From NCBI GenBank assembly GCA_964644695.1, contig CAZXWN010000001.1, forward strand, positions 642,805 through 706,804: DNA of 64,000 nt, in the 5' to 3' direction. Every line of letters begins with the position of its first letter. Within the stretch, counting starts at the first letter, position 1. Below are positions 28,988 through 38,738 of this stretch, piece after piece. The notes under the pieces are model-generated. The model worked only from the letters and a program-made list of their open reading frames with translations, was not told the DNA's origin and made no database searches. The translations under genes and the position numbers were made by a program. This stretch comes from an uncultured bacterium. GTDB taxonomy: Bacteria > UBP4 > UBA4092.

Positions 28988-30067
28988 ATGTCTGAAAGCA
29001 AAGTAACCCTTATAAAAGAACGCTTAAAAGAAGTAAAATATCCTGGATACAGCCGGGATATAGTGTCATTTGGATTTATAAAGAAAGTTGCCGAATGCGA
29101 TGGCCTAGTAAAAATTGAACTCCAGGCCACCGGATTGAATGACTCTGTAAAAGCCACCATTATCCAAGACATTCAAAATTTACTGCAAAAAGAATCCGGA
29201 ATTAAAGAAGTGGCTGTTTCTTTTGTTGACCCCGCCCCCGCTCCAACACAACCACCACTCAAAAAGACGAATCCCAATGACCCATGGCAAGACCAAATAC
29301 CTGTGGAAGGCGTTGAAAACATCATTGCCGTTGCCAGTGGTAAAGGTGGCGTTGGAAAATCCACAGTGTCTGTTAATTTAGCCTGTGCCTTAAAATCTTT
29401 AGGTTATCGCGTTGGACTAATGGATTGTGATATCTATGGACCGAGTATCCCAATAATGGTCGGAACCCACGAAAAGCCACAAGTAATTGGTGAGGATCGC
29501 CTGGTACCGATTCAAAAGTATGGATTAAATATCATGTCTATAGGCTTTATGATTGATGAAGATGAACCCGTTATCTGGCGTGGGCCTATGATTCAGAGTG
29601 CCATCAAACAATTCTTACATGGTGTAAACTGGGGCCCCTTGGATTACCTTATTGTTGATTTACCCCCTGGGACAGGTGATGCACAGTTAAGCCTGGCACA
29701 ACAAGTCCCAATCACGGGTTCTGTGATTGTAAGTACCCCCCAGGATGTAGCTCTGATTGATGCCAAAAAAGGGGTTGCCATGTTCAAAAAAATCAATGTT
29801 CCCGTTCTGGGAATAGTTGAGAACATGTCTGGATTCATTTGTCCGCATTGTGGTGAAAGAACAGATATTTTCAGCACCGGTGGTGGGAAGAAGGAAGCTG
29901 AGAAACAAAATGTGGATTTTTTAGGCGATGTTCCACTCGACCTGGCAATCCGGCAACAGGGTGATAGTGGAATTCCCATCGTTGTTGCACAACCAGATTC
30001 CAGCCAATCGAATGCTTTTTTGAGTATTGCCAAAAAAGTCGCTGAAATCATTAAGAATAAAAAATAG
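28988..30067 (+). CDS. mrp: Mrp/ApbC Fe-S cluster carrier ATPase with N-terminal DUF59-like domain
   Basis: ASGKGGVGKST, DCDIYGPS, WRGPM, DLPPGTGD, ENMS..CPHC. Confidence 0.93.
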   Translation: MSESKVTLIKERLKEVKYPGYSRDIVSFGFIKKVAECDGLVKIELQATGLNDSVKATIIQDIQNLLQKESGIKEVAVSFVDPAPAPTQPPLKKTNPNDPWQDQIPVEGVENIIAVASGKGGVGKSTVSVNLACALKSLGYRVGLMDCDIYGPSIPIMVGTHEKPQVIGEDRLVPIQKYGLNIMSIGFMIDEDEPVIWRGPMIQSAIKQFLHGVNWGPLDYLIVDLPPGTGDAQLSLAQQVPITGSVIVSTPQDVALIDAKKGVAMFKKINVPVLGIVENMSGFICPHCGERTDIFSTGGGKKEAEKQNVDFLGDVPLDLAIRQQGDSGIPIVVAQPDSSQSNAFLSIAKKVAEIIKNKK

Positions 30068-30082
30068 AAAAGAGCTCTTTTT

Positions 30083-30391
30083 ATGCCTACCGTTGAACAG
30101 GTGTATGCCGCACTCAAAAGGTGCCAGGATCCAGAAATCCCAATAAATATTGTGGATTTAGGGTTAATTTACGACGTCGCAATAAACAATAATAATGTAA
30201 CCGTCAAAATGACTTTGACCGTTAAAGGATGCCACATGAGCACTTATATTTCTGAAGATGCTCAAAGAAAAATATTAGAAGATACAGATGCTGAAGGGGT
30301 ATCCGTGGAAATCGTCTGGGACCCACCTTGGAATCCAGCCATGATATCTGATGAAGGCCGAAAGCTGCTTGGACTACCTGCTGAAAACTAA
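30083..30391 (+). CDS. DUF59 (SufT/PaaD-like) Fe-S assembly protein
   Basis: DPEIPINIVDLGLIY, MTLT..GC, VWDPPW. Confidence 0.9.
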   Translation: MPTVEQVYAALKRCQDPEIPINIVDLGLIYDVAINNNNVTVKMTLTVKGCHMSTYISEDAQRKILEDTDAEGVSVEIVWDPPWNPAMISDEGRKLLGLPAEN

Positions 30392-30394
30392 CAA

Positions 30395-30421
30395 AAAAAC
30401 CGCCTGAATCAGGCGGTTTTT
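30395..30421. terminator. Bidirectional intrinsic terminator
   Basis: AAAAACCGCCTG-AAT-CAGGCGGTTTTT between convergent genes. Confidence 0.8.
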
Positions 30422-31553
30422 ATTTTTTTATCAAACTTATTATTTCCTGGGCTGCTTTATGTGCAGCGCCCCCTTCACCCAACATAGCTCGAACTTGACT
30501 TAGTTTTTCTCTCATTTGATTTCGGGCATTTTTATCCCTGATTAAATTAAGCGCCGTAGAGGTCAGTGATTGGGTTGATAAGCTTTCCTGGAGCAATTCC
30601 GGGACAATTAATTCCCCAGCCACAAGATTCACTAATCCGGCAAATGGTACTTTTATCAGTCGCCGCCCAATAAATGCACTAATGGGTGACACCCTGTAAA
30701 CAATTATCATGGGAGTTTTTATTAATGCACCTTCGAGTGTAGCTGTTCCTGAACACACAATTGATAAATCTGACGCAGCTCTCCAGTCATAACGATTTTG
30801 TGTCACCAGAGTCAAATTTAGCCCCTTTACGAAGGGATTTGACTCCACCTGAGACTTGAATTTTTCATCTACAAGAATTAAGACGAACCGAATATTGGGA
30901 ATTTCCTTTTGGAGACATTGCGCTGATTCAAGCATTACTGGCAATAATCGATCATATTCTTGATTCCGACTTCCGGGTAAAAGCGAAACGAGAAAATCAT
31001 TACTGTTAAAATTCATCTCGCGAAACAGTTCATCCCGAGTACGTGTAACCTGAACAACATCTACCAATGGATTACCTACATATCGCGCAGCAATATCATA
31101 TTTCTTAAAAAACTCAGGCTCAAAAGGAAGAATACATAATATCTTCTTAAAATACTTTTTCAAAAGTTTAATGCGACCCTGCCCCCAAGCCCACACTTGA
31201 GGACTAATGAAATAGATGAGAGGAACATCGAGAGAATAAAGTTTGGGAGCCAGACGTAGATTAAATCCTGGGCTATCTATTACAATCACAGCATCAGGTC
31301 GATTTTGATTTACCCAGGAAACGATGTCAGACATGACTTGCTTATAAAATTTAAGATGTTTAAGTGCTTCAATATAGCCGACGACTGATTTCCCCGAAGT
31401 TTGTCGAAGCAGGTGGGCACCTTGAGCCTCCATAAGTAATCCACCGACACCATATATTTCAATAGTCGGATCTAATAACCGCAAAGCTTTAATCAATTCA
31501 GCGCCGTGCAGGTCACCAGACTCTTCGCCAGCTACAATAAATAGTTTCGCCAT
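30420..31553 (-). CDS. lpxB: Lipid A disaccharide synthase
   Basis: AGEESGDLHG, IDSPGFN, SPQVWAW, LLPGSR, SGTATLE. Confidence 0.96.
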   Translation of the reverse strand: MAKLFIVAGEESGDLHGAELIKALRLLDPTIEIYGVGGLLMEAQGAHLLRQTSGKSVVGYIEALKHLKFYKQVMSDIVSWVNQNRPDAVIVIDSPGFNLRLAPKLYSLDVPLIYFISPQVWAWGQGRIKLLKKYFKKILCILPFEPEFFKKYDIAARYVGNPLVDVVQVTRTRDELFREMNFNSNDFLVSLLPGSRNQEYDRLLPVMLESAQCLQKEIPNIRFVLILVDEKFKSQVESNPFVKGLNLTLVTQNRYDWRAASDLSIVCSGTATLEGALIKTPMIIVYRVSPISAFIGRRLIKVPFAGLVNLVAGELIVPELLQESLSTQSLTSTALNLIRDKNARNQMREKLSQVRAMLGEGGAAHKAAQEIISLIKK

Positions 31554-31558
31554 AGGAT

Positions 31559-32509
31559 TTATTGGATAAACTTACCACATTGCCGGGTAATCTCCAATGC
31601 AACCTGTAGAGCATCTCTCCCATGAGAACCTGTTACAACTGGGGGTTTCTTTAATCGAATACTTTCAATAAAAGATTCCAATTCTCGCTGCAGAGAGGTT
31701 GTCTCTTGGGTAAAGGAAATCAACTCATGTGAAATATCCAATTGACCTTTTTTATTTACTTTACGAAGGACACTCAATTCAGGCTTCATGTAATCCAGGG
31801 AAAGGTAGGCACCTTCCTGGAATATTCTGATTTTCCGATGACGTGTATTAGAGATTCTACTGGCGGTTATATTTGCCACACACCCATTTTCAAAGGTAAT
31901 CCGGGCATTCGCAATATCCTCAAAAGAGGTTAATACGTTCACCCCGACACCCTCAATCTTGGAAATCTCAGAATCCACAACAGTAAGAATAATATCAATA
32001 TCATGAATCATTAGATCAAGAACAACCCCAACATCTTTAATCCGTGGATCAAAGGGCGCCAGGCGATGACACTCAATAAATCGAGGATCCTTCACAACTT
32101 CCCGAAGTTTTATAACACCTAAATTAAAACGCTCTACATGCCCAACCTGAAGAATAGCTTTATTGTCATGGGCAATATGTAATATTTCTTCAGCCTGATT
32201 CAATCCAGATGTTATCGGTTTTTCAACCAGAGTATGAATACCCTTCTCCAAGAAATATTTACTGACTTCATAATGCTCTATGGTAGGAACGACCACTGTC
32301 ACAGCATCAACTTTTCCAACAAGAGAGGATTTGTCAGTAACTACAGGCACATTATATTTTTCAGATATTTCACGGGCGCGAACCTCATTGACATCCATAA
32401 TGCCAACAATTTCAACGCCAGATATCTTTTGAAGATTCTGGACATGAAATTCACCGAGCCGACCGACACCAATTACGGCAACACGAATTATTTCTGATTG
32501 TGCACTCAT
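31559..32509 (-). CDS. Gfo/Idh/MocA oxidoreductase, probable UDP-GlcNAc 3-dehydrogenase (GnnA-like)
   Basis: GVGRLG, EKPI, VGHVERFN, VLDLMIHDID; located between lpxI and lpxB. Confidence 0.8.
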   Translation of the reverse strand: MSAQSEIIRVAVIGVGRLGEFHVQNLQKISGVEIVGIMDVNEVRAREISEKYNVPVVTDKSSLVGKVDAVTVVVPTIEHYEVSKYFLEKGIHTLVEKPITSGLNQAEEILHIAHDNKAILQVGHVERFNLGVIKLREVVKDPRFIECHRLAPFDPRIKDVGVVLDLMIHDIDIILTVVDSEISKIEGVGVNVLTSFEDIANARITFENGCVANITASRISNTRHRKIRIFQEGAYLSLDYMKPELSVLRKVNKKGQLDISHELISFTQETTSLQRELESFIESIRLKKPPVVTGSHGRDALQVALEITRQCGKFIQ

Positions 32510-33339
32510 TTAGGTTCAACTCCCACCAGACAAATACCAAAGTCTCTAGCCATGGCAGCCACATCATCTCTATTCAACATGAGGGTATTCTTTGCCTCGA
32601 CAGCAATAACACCACGGTTGATTGATTTGAATTTCTTTATGGTGCCCTTTCCTATCACTGGAATATCATAACGATAATCTTGATTGGGTTTTGCTACCTT
32701 TACTAAGGTAATACCATCCTGAGCGTATTCTAGAGCTCGTTCAATCGCTTTATCCGTACCCTCTATGGCCTCAACCGCTAGTACGGCTCTATTTTTCACC
32801 AATACTGATTGTCCGATATCTTCGGCTGCAATATGTTTTGCTATTTGATACCCATACTCAATGTCTCGCAACTGCTTTTCATCAGGATTAATACCAGACA
32901 TATTACCCAGGACAGCTAAATGTTCATCCATAAAGGTCCTTGCATCAAGAAAAGAGACACCAAACACACCGAAGGCATTTGCTGCGGCACCAATTAGCGA
33001 ATCTGCTTGTTGATTGGGTAACTTTTCTAGAGTATTGGTAATGATGGGATCAAAATTTTTAGACTCGAAAATCACAGACTGCTTTATTCGACCAGAGAAT
33101 ATGGCTTGATTAATCTGATTATCAACAAATCCACGGATAATGGGTTCAATCTTTCCAAAGGGAACCCATATAAAATTGGGAATGATGTCTGCTAACTCTG
33201 GAAAGGTTATACCTTCAAAACCAATACCAATGACTTCTGAGCCTGATTTAATGGCCTCACGGGCTAAAATGACGGGATAATCACCTTCACCAGCTATTAA
33301 ACCAAACCGTTCAGGACGGGGTAAATTGAAATCACTCAT
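32506..33339 (-). CDS. lpxI: UDP-2,3-diacylglucosamine diphosphatase LpxI
   Basis: GLIAGEGDYP, DIGQSV, AVEAIEGTD, KPNQDYRYDIPVIG. Confidence 0.9.
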   Translation of the reverse strand: MSDFNLPRPERFGLIAGEGDYPVILAREAIKSGSEVIGIGFEGITFPELADIIPNFIWVPFGKIEPIIRGFVDNQINQAIFSGRIKQSVIFESKNFDPIITNTLEKLPNQQADSLIGAAANAFGVFGVSFLDARTFMDEHLAVLGNMSGINPDEKQLRDIEYGYQIAKHIAAEDIGQSVLVKNRAVLAVEAIEGTDKAIERALEYAQDGITLVKVAKPNQDYRYDIPVIGKGTIKKFKSINRGVIAVEAKNTLMLNRDDVAAMARDFGICLVGVEPK

Positions 33340-33365
33340 AAGAGTTTAACCTTATTGTGAATTAT

Positions 33366-34175
33366 TTATCGGCAAATGCCGCGATGATGAGGACTATTTA
33401 ATGAGTCCATTATGAAATCAATAAAATGTTGTATCTCGGGGCCTTTAATACACTCTTGTTCGATTTTTCGTATAGACTCTTCAAGAGATAAGCCTGACCG
33501 ATACAAAACTTTATATGCATTTTTTAACTGGGATATCACGTCATCTGTAAACCCATTACGCTTTAAGCCTAAAGAATTTAAGCCATGGGGTACAACTGGA
33601 TGACCATCCACCTTAATATAGGGAGGAACATCCTGAGTTACTTTGGATAATCCACCAATTAAGCTATAGGCTCCCACTTTTACAAACTGATGGATACCAG
33701 ATAAACCACCAATGATGGCATTATTTTCAATTACAACATGACCTGCAAGAGATGCATTATTTGCCATCACAACATTGTTACCAATAATTGAATTATGCGC
33801 CACATGGCAATAAGCCATGAGAAAACAGTTATTTCCAATAATTGTTTTCTCACCTTCATGGGTAGCACTATGGACAGTATTGAATTCCCGGAGAATCGTG
33901 TTTTCCCCAATTTCGACGTATGAAATTTCCCCTTTATACTTCAAGTCCTGTGGACTTCCACCAATAACACACTGACTGTGGACCTGACAATTCTTTTGAA
34001 TTGTTGTATATCCATTTATAACAACATTTGTATGGAGTTCAACACCATCATGAAGTGTAACATTTTCCCCAACAACACAAAAAGGACCTATTTTTACTTT
34101 ATTACCAATTATCGCTTTAGGATGAATAATAGCTGTCGGATGAATTAAAGGACCGTCGACGTTAAGAGACATCAT
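33366..34175 (-). CDS. lpxA: UDP-N-acetylglucosamine acyltransferase
   Basis: Hexapeptide repeats, PQDLKY, HVAH, HQF, QDVPPY. Confidence 0.95.
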   Translation of the reverse strand: MMSLNVDGPLIHPTAIIHPKAIIGNKVKIGPFCVVGENVTLHDGVELHTNVVINGYTTIQKNCQVHSQCVIGGSPQDLKYKGEISYVEIGENTILREFNTVHSATHEGEKTIIGNNCFLMAYCHVAHNSIIGNNVVMANNASLAGHVVIENNAIIGGLSGIHQFVKVGAYSLIGGLSKVTQDVPPYIKVDGHPVVPHGLNSLGLKRNGFTDDVISQLKNAYKVLYRSGLSLEESIRKIEQECIKGPEIQHFIDFIMDSLNSPHHRGICR

Positions 34176-34223
34176 TTACTTCTTTCGATAGGAACGATAT
34201 AGGGGAAGATATCCGGAATGAAG

Positions 34224-34300
34224 TGGTGGGCGCTACAGGACTCGAACCTGTGACCTCTACCATGTCAAGGTAGCACTCTAACCAGCTGAGCTAAGCGCCC
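34224..34300 (-). tRNA. tRNA-Val (anticodon GAC), CCA encoded
   Basis: GGGCGCTTAGCTCAGCTGGTTAGAGTGCTACCTTGACATGGTAGAGGTCACAGGTTCGAGTCCTGTAGCGCCCACCA folds as a cloverleaf. Confidence 0.97.
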
Positions 34301-34340
34301 ATTCCAGGGTTACCCCCCTGTTTATTTACTACAAATAATA

Positions 34341-34369
34341 ACTTTAAGTAAATCAAAGGGGTATGTCAA
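34341..34369 (-). promoter_or_regulatory. Sigma70-type promoter for tRNA-Val and lpx genes
   Basis: TTGACA-17nt-TAAAGT on the minus strand. Confidence 0.6.
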
Positions 34370-34460
34370 GTGATTAATTCTCAATAAAGAATCAATTCAT
34401 AAGACTATAAAAATTATACTAAAAACTAGACCAATTGTCATTGGTAGATTTTAAAATATC

Positions 34461-36725
34461 TCAGTCAATCAATTCATCCAAAAGAACTTTACAAATATGT
34501 TTACCCTTTTCACCGACTTCATTCAGGGGGCCAACACAAGATGGACACCCATTTTCACAACGACAATCAGATATAACTTGCCTAGCAGCCTGTAATAACA
34601 CGTCATGAATTTCAAACAATTTATCAGCCAATCCAATTCCACCAGGATAAGCATCATACATATAAATAGTAGGCAATTCAGTAAAAGGAGATCGAACTTG
34701 GGATACGGTTCTTATATCCGATGGATCACACATAAGATAAACAGGTGCAATATTTCCAAGGAGATGTGCCAATCCTAATAAACCCTCTTGAATTTCTTCT
34801 GGACTGTAGCGGTCTAGTAAACTAGCTTCATAATTAAACCAATAGGCTGTTGTTTCCATTTCCTGCTCTGGCAAATAAATCTTTCCCCATCCAACATTTT
34901 CATGAGTATGGAATTTTATCTTTTTAAACATCGTTGTTATTCGTTTAACAGCTACTTCACCCAAATGGCGAGTGCAATGCCGCCCTGGAGCCTTTTGAGA
35001 ATCATCCAGAATATTTATATGAACTTCGTCCTGACCATCTGTGTAATAGTCCACATTAACAGGTTTTACAATTGCCTTTTTACCTTCCCAATCCAGTTCA
35101 ACGACTTGATACTGAAGTGATTCATGAAGATAGATTGCATCCTTGTGAATTAGTTGAGGCGCAGTAAAGGCATCTACTTCACCAATAACCTGATAATTAT
35201 TAGTCATGTCTTGAACAACAAAATTCTGAGTAGACGCTGTTCTTAAACTGATATTTTCAGCAGGAAAAACATCACTCATCCAATAATACTTATTGCGAGT
35301 ATATCGAAGGATTTTCTCTTCAGCCAGATAACTTAACAGTTCCTGTGTTCCTACAAGATCTAATCCAAAAACTTCATCATCGGAAAAAGGAATTTCAAAA
35401 GCAGCACATTTGATGTGATTTGTAAGAATGTACAAATTATCTGGATTGATAAGTCCTGTTTCAGGAGTTCTATCAAAGAAATAATCTGGATGAGACATTA
35501 AAAACTGATCCAATGGGCTACTGGTAGAGACCAGAAAAGCAGCTGAGAGGGTTTGTTTACGCCCTGCCCTGCCAGCCTGTTGCCAAGTACTTGCAATACT
35601 ACCGGGATACCCCACCATCACACAGGATTCAAGAGCTCCAATATCAATGCCTAATTCCAAAGCATTCGTACTAACAACACCCGTAACACTTCCATCCCGA
35701 AGACCACGTTCTATTTCTCTTCTCTGTAGAGGTAAATACCCTCCCCTATAACCACGAACGGAATCGCCCTTGCTATGTTTCCTGGCAACAGATTCTTTCA
35801 GATAAGTCACCAAAACTTCTGTAATAATCCTGCTTCTGGTAAACACTATCGTTTGAATCCCGTTCCGGATGAGTTCTGTAGCTATCTTAGAAGCCTCTTT
35901 CACCGAACTCTTTCGTATCCCAAGTTCTTTATTGATAACTGGCGGATTATAGAAAATAACATGCTTTTCACCTGAAGGAGCACCATTATTATCAACAAGT
36001 TCCAGAGATTCTCCTGTAAGACGGCTGGCCAGTTCTGCAGGATTTGCAATAGTGGCAGAGCAACATATAAAAGTAGGCGAGGCTCCATAAAACTTGCATA
36101 TTCGTTTTAGTCTTCTTATTACGTTGGCCAAGTGGCTTCCAAAAACACCGCGATAAGAATGAACTTCATCTATGACAATGTACTTAAGATTCTCAAATAA
36201 CTTATTCCACTCAGTATGGTGAGGGAGTATCCCATTGTGTAACATATCAGGATTTGTAATAACAATATGCCCGGCTGTTCTAATAGCTTTACGGGCAGTG
36301 ACAGGTGTATCCCCATCATAGGTAAAAGTTTTGATATCCGAACCTGTTTCAGTTACAAAATCATGCAGTTCAGATAATTGATCCTGTGATAAGGCCTTGG
36401 TGGGAAATAAATATAATGCCCTGGATGATGAATCCTGCAAAATCGAATTAATAACAGGAAGGTTATAGCAAAGGGTTTTCCCAGAGGCCGTTGGAGTAAC
36501 AATAACAACAGACTGCCCATTAAGTATTTTTGTTATTGAATCTGCCTGATGTGTATAGAGAGACTGAATACCTCTCTTTTTTAAAACCTTGATAATCTGT
36601 GCATTCAATTTTTCTGGAAAGCCCTCAAATTGTGCCGGCCGTGGAGGTAAGACTTTCCATTCTGTCACGTTGTTCATGAATGACCGATCATTCATCCAAT
36701 AATTAAGTAATTGATCCAGATTCAT
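34461..36725 (-). CDS. DEAH-box helicase with DUF1998 zinc domain (MrfA/YprA/Hrq1-like)
   Basis: TASGKT, DEVH, SATIAN, ALELGIDIG, QQAGRAGR, C-terminal CRCENGCPSC. Confidence 0.92.
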   Translation of the reverse strand: MNLDQLLNYWMNDRSFMNNVTEWKVLPPRPAQFEGFPEKLNAQIIKVLKKRGIQSLYTHQADSITKILNGQSVVIVTPTASGKTLCYNLPVINSILQDSSSRALYLFPTKALSQDQLSELHDFVTETGSDIKTFTYDGDTPVTARKAIRTAGHIVITNPDMLHNGILPHHTEWNKLFENLKYIVIDEVHSYRGVFGSHLANVIRRLKRICKFYGASPTFICCSATIANPAELASRLTGESLELVDNNGAPSGEKHVIFYNPPVINKELGIRKSSVKEASKIATELIRNGIQTIVFTRSRIITEVLVTYLKESVARKHSKGDSVRGYRGGYLPLQRREIERGLRDGSVTGVVSTNALELGIDIGALESCVMVGYPGSIASTWQQAGRAGRKQTLSAAFLVSTSSPLDQFLMSHPDYFFDRTPETGLINPDNLYILTNHIKCAAFEIPFSDDEVFGLDLVGTQELLSYLAEEKILRYTRNKYYWMSDVFPAENISLRTASTQNFVVQDMTNNYQVIGEVDAFTAPQLIHKDAIYLHESLQYQVVELDWEGKKAIVKPVNVDYYTDGQDEVHINILDDSQKAPGRHCTRHLGEVAVKRITTMFKKIKFHTHENVGWGKIYLPEQEMETTAYWFNYEASLLDRYSPEEIQEGLLGLAHLLGNIAPVYLMCDPSDIRTVSQVRSPFTELPTIYMYDAYPGGIGLADKLFEIHDVLLQAARQVISDCRCENGCPSCVGPLNEVGEKGKHICKVLLDELID

Positions 36726-36775
36726 TATTACTCCCAGATACTATTTAGTCTTATACAAAAATTTACAGTTTTCTT

Positions 36776-37486
36776 TTATTCGGCTTTATAACGTACTACT
36801 TTCCCACCTGCAAATTGAATTGCCTTTTCTGCAATAATATCAAGAGGGTCAATAAAGTCACCATCAAAATGAAACAAATCCTTTGCAGAAGACAGCTCTG
36901 TACAACCCAAGAGGATTACTTCCGCACCATGTACCCGCAACTCTTTTACAGCCTCAAAAAACTTCTCTTTATTAAAAGAATAATTACCTTTTTTTATTCC
37001 TTCATATATAAATTCCATAACATTTTTCTGGGTTAAAACAGGTGTTATTAACTTTATATTTGCCTTTTTGAAATACGCATCATAAATACCAGTACTAATA
37101 GTACCGTCTGTTGCTAAAAGTCCTACGACGATGTTGTTTCCATAAGTTTCTTCAATATAATTCACAGTCTCTTCAATAATATTTAAAAAAGGAATATTGA
37201 TAGCTTTGCATATATCCCTGTAATAATAATGAGCAGTATTGCAACCCATAATGAGAAAATCCGCACCAGCAGTTTCTAATCTTTTTGCTGACTTTATCAG
37301 TTCTACGAGAGGACTATCTCCATTTGAAATAATACTTTTTGTCCGGTCAGGAATATCCGAATTACTATCAATCAATACATGGAGATGTTCCTGATCTGTA
37401 TGGGCGTCCGTCTTACATATAATTCTTCTAAATAAATCTGCTGTTGCCAGTGGACCCATCCCACCAATAATACCAACTGTTTTCAT
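36776..37486 (-). CDS. PLP-independent aspartate/amino acid racemase (RacX-like)
   Basis: GIIGGMGPLAT, PDRT, both catalytic Cys (GCNTAH, GCTELS). Confidence 0.9.
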   Translation of the reverse strand: MKTVGIIGGMGPLATADLFRRIICKTDAHTDQEHLHVLIDSNSDIPDRTKSIISNGDSPLVELIKSAKRLETAGADFLIMGCNTAHYYYRDICKAINIPFLNIIEETVNYIEETYGNNIVVGLLATDGTISTGIYDAYFKKANIKLITPVLTQKNVMEFIYEGIKKGNYSFNKEKFFEAVKELRVHGAEVILLGCTELSSAKDLFHFDGDFIDPLDIIAEKAIQFAGGKVVRYKAE

Positions 37487-37519
37487 CGTATCTCCATACT
37501 TTCCTGACCTATATAATAT

Positions 37520-38569
37520 TTATAAGACATCCTCAACATAGTCGGCTAAACTTTTCCGTACGTTCCCTTTATATCCAACAACCTCGTTACATGTAATCAT
37601 AGAATTCAAAACAGCCTCTTCACAAGCCTCAGCAACGGCCCTAAAGACTCTATCTATCTTATTTTCATTAATGACCTTTATAGAAACAACCTCTCGCTCA
37701 TCACTATTACGGATAACATTGGCAGTCGAAAAACCAATAATGACATCACCACTACCATGCCCAATATATGACCCCACTCTGGTTATTCCAACACAGGCTC
37801 TTTTACAGACTCTTTTAAGTTGTCGGCTGCATAAGGGAATGTCTGTTGCGATAATAATAATAATGGATCCTTTATCAACGACTTCTTGAGTAGAAACCTT
37901 TTTCGCGATAATGTTTCCCACCTTTTTACCGTTGATAGTAAGATCTTCCAACAGCCCATAATTTGATTGAACTAAGACTCCCAGTGTATACAATTCCCCA
38001 TCTAATTCAACCATCCTTGAAGAGGACCCTATTCCCCCTTTGAGTGAATGACATGACATCCCTTTTCCCCCGCCAATATCACCCTCAGAAAAATCCTCAC
38101 AACAGTCAGCAATAGCCTGAAACACATGCTCTTTTTTAACGGCTCTTGATTGAATGTCATTCAAATATCCATCATTACATTCACCGATAACCGGATTAAA
38201 AGATTGTATGGGAATATTCTCTTTATTACATTGATTGATCATGTATTCTGTAATCGCATCATTAACAATGCCGACATTAAGTGTATTGGTCAAAGCAATC
38301 GGAGATTCTAGAGTTCCCAGTTCATCAATTTGTATAAGGCCCTGTGTTTTGCCAAAACCATTCAACACATAAGAAGCTGCAATCATTTTGTTTGAATATA
38401 TATTTTGCTCCGAAGGTAATATGACCGTCACCCCGGTTTTATTCTCCGAAGTATCAATCGTACTGTGACCAACCTTAACGCCCTTAACATCAGTGATTTT
38501 ATTGAGTTTGCCTTTGGGTAATTTGCCAATCGTTACACCAAAATCTTCGATTCTTTTCTGATGACTCAT
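37520..38569 (-). CDS. DmpA-like aminopeptidase (peptidase P1/S58 family)
   Basis: NKITDVKGVKVGH, NGFGK, ECNDGYLNDI, self-cleavage site KG|SII, GSGD. Confidence 0.9.
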   Translation of the reverse strand: MSHQKRIEDFGVTIGKLPKGKLNKITDVKGVKVGHSTIDTSENKTGVTVILPSEQNIYSNKMIAASYVLNGFGKTQGLIQIDELGTLESPIALTNTLNVGIVNDAITEYMINQCNKENIPIQSFNPVIGECNDGYLNDIQSRAVKKEHVFQAIADCCEDFSEGDIGGGKGMSCHSLKGGIGSSSRMVELDGELYTLGVLVQSNYGLLEDLTINGKKVGNIIAKKVSTQEVVDKGSIIIIIATDIPLCSRQLKRVCKRACVGITRVGSYIGHGSGDVIIGFSTANVIRNSDEREVVSIKVINENKIDRVFRAVAEACEEAVLNSMITCNEVVGYKGNVRKSLADYVEDVL

Positions 38570-38738
38570 AGGTTATCTCCTTCATTGTCACTGCGACACA
38601 TGAGCAAGTAATAAATCTGTCAGTTCACTTTATATTGTATTCAATGCTTTCGAAATAATACTCAAATATAACCTATATACAAAAGATTATATGAATATTA
38701 ATGATATGTGAGGTAGGGATATTACTTTGAGAATTATT

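Noticed and set aside
34224-34300. tRNA-Val as an island integration site
   Set aside because: No duplicated tRNA 3' end, no integrase, and a core gene (lpxA) follows directly
34461-36725. DUF1998 helicase as an anti-phage system (DISARM/Druantia-type)
   Set aside because: Single full-length MrfA-like repair helicase in housekeeping context, with no methylase, nuclease or other defence genes nearby
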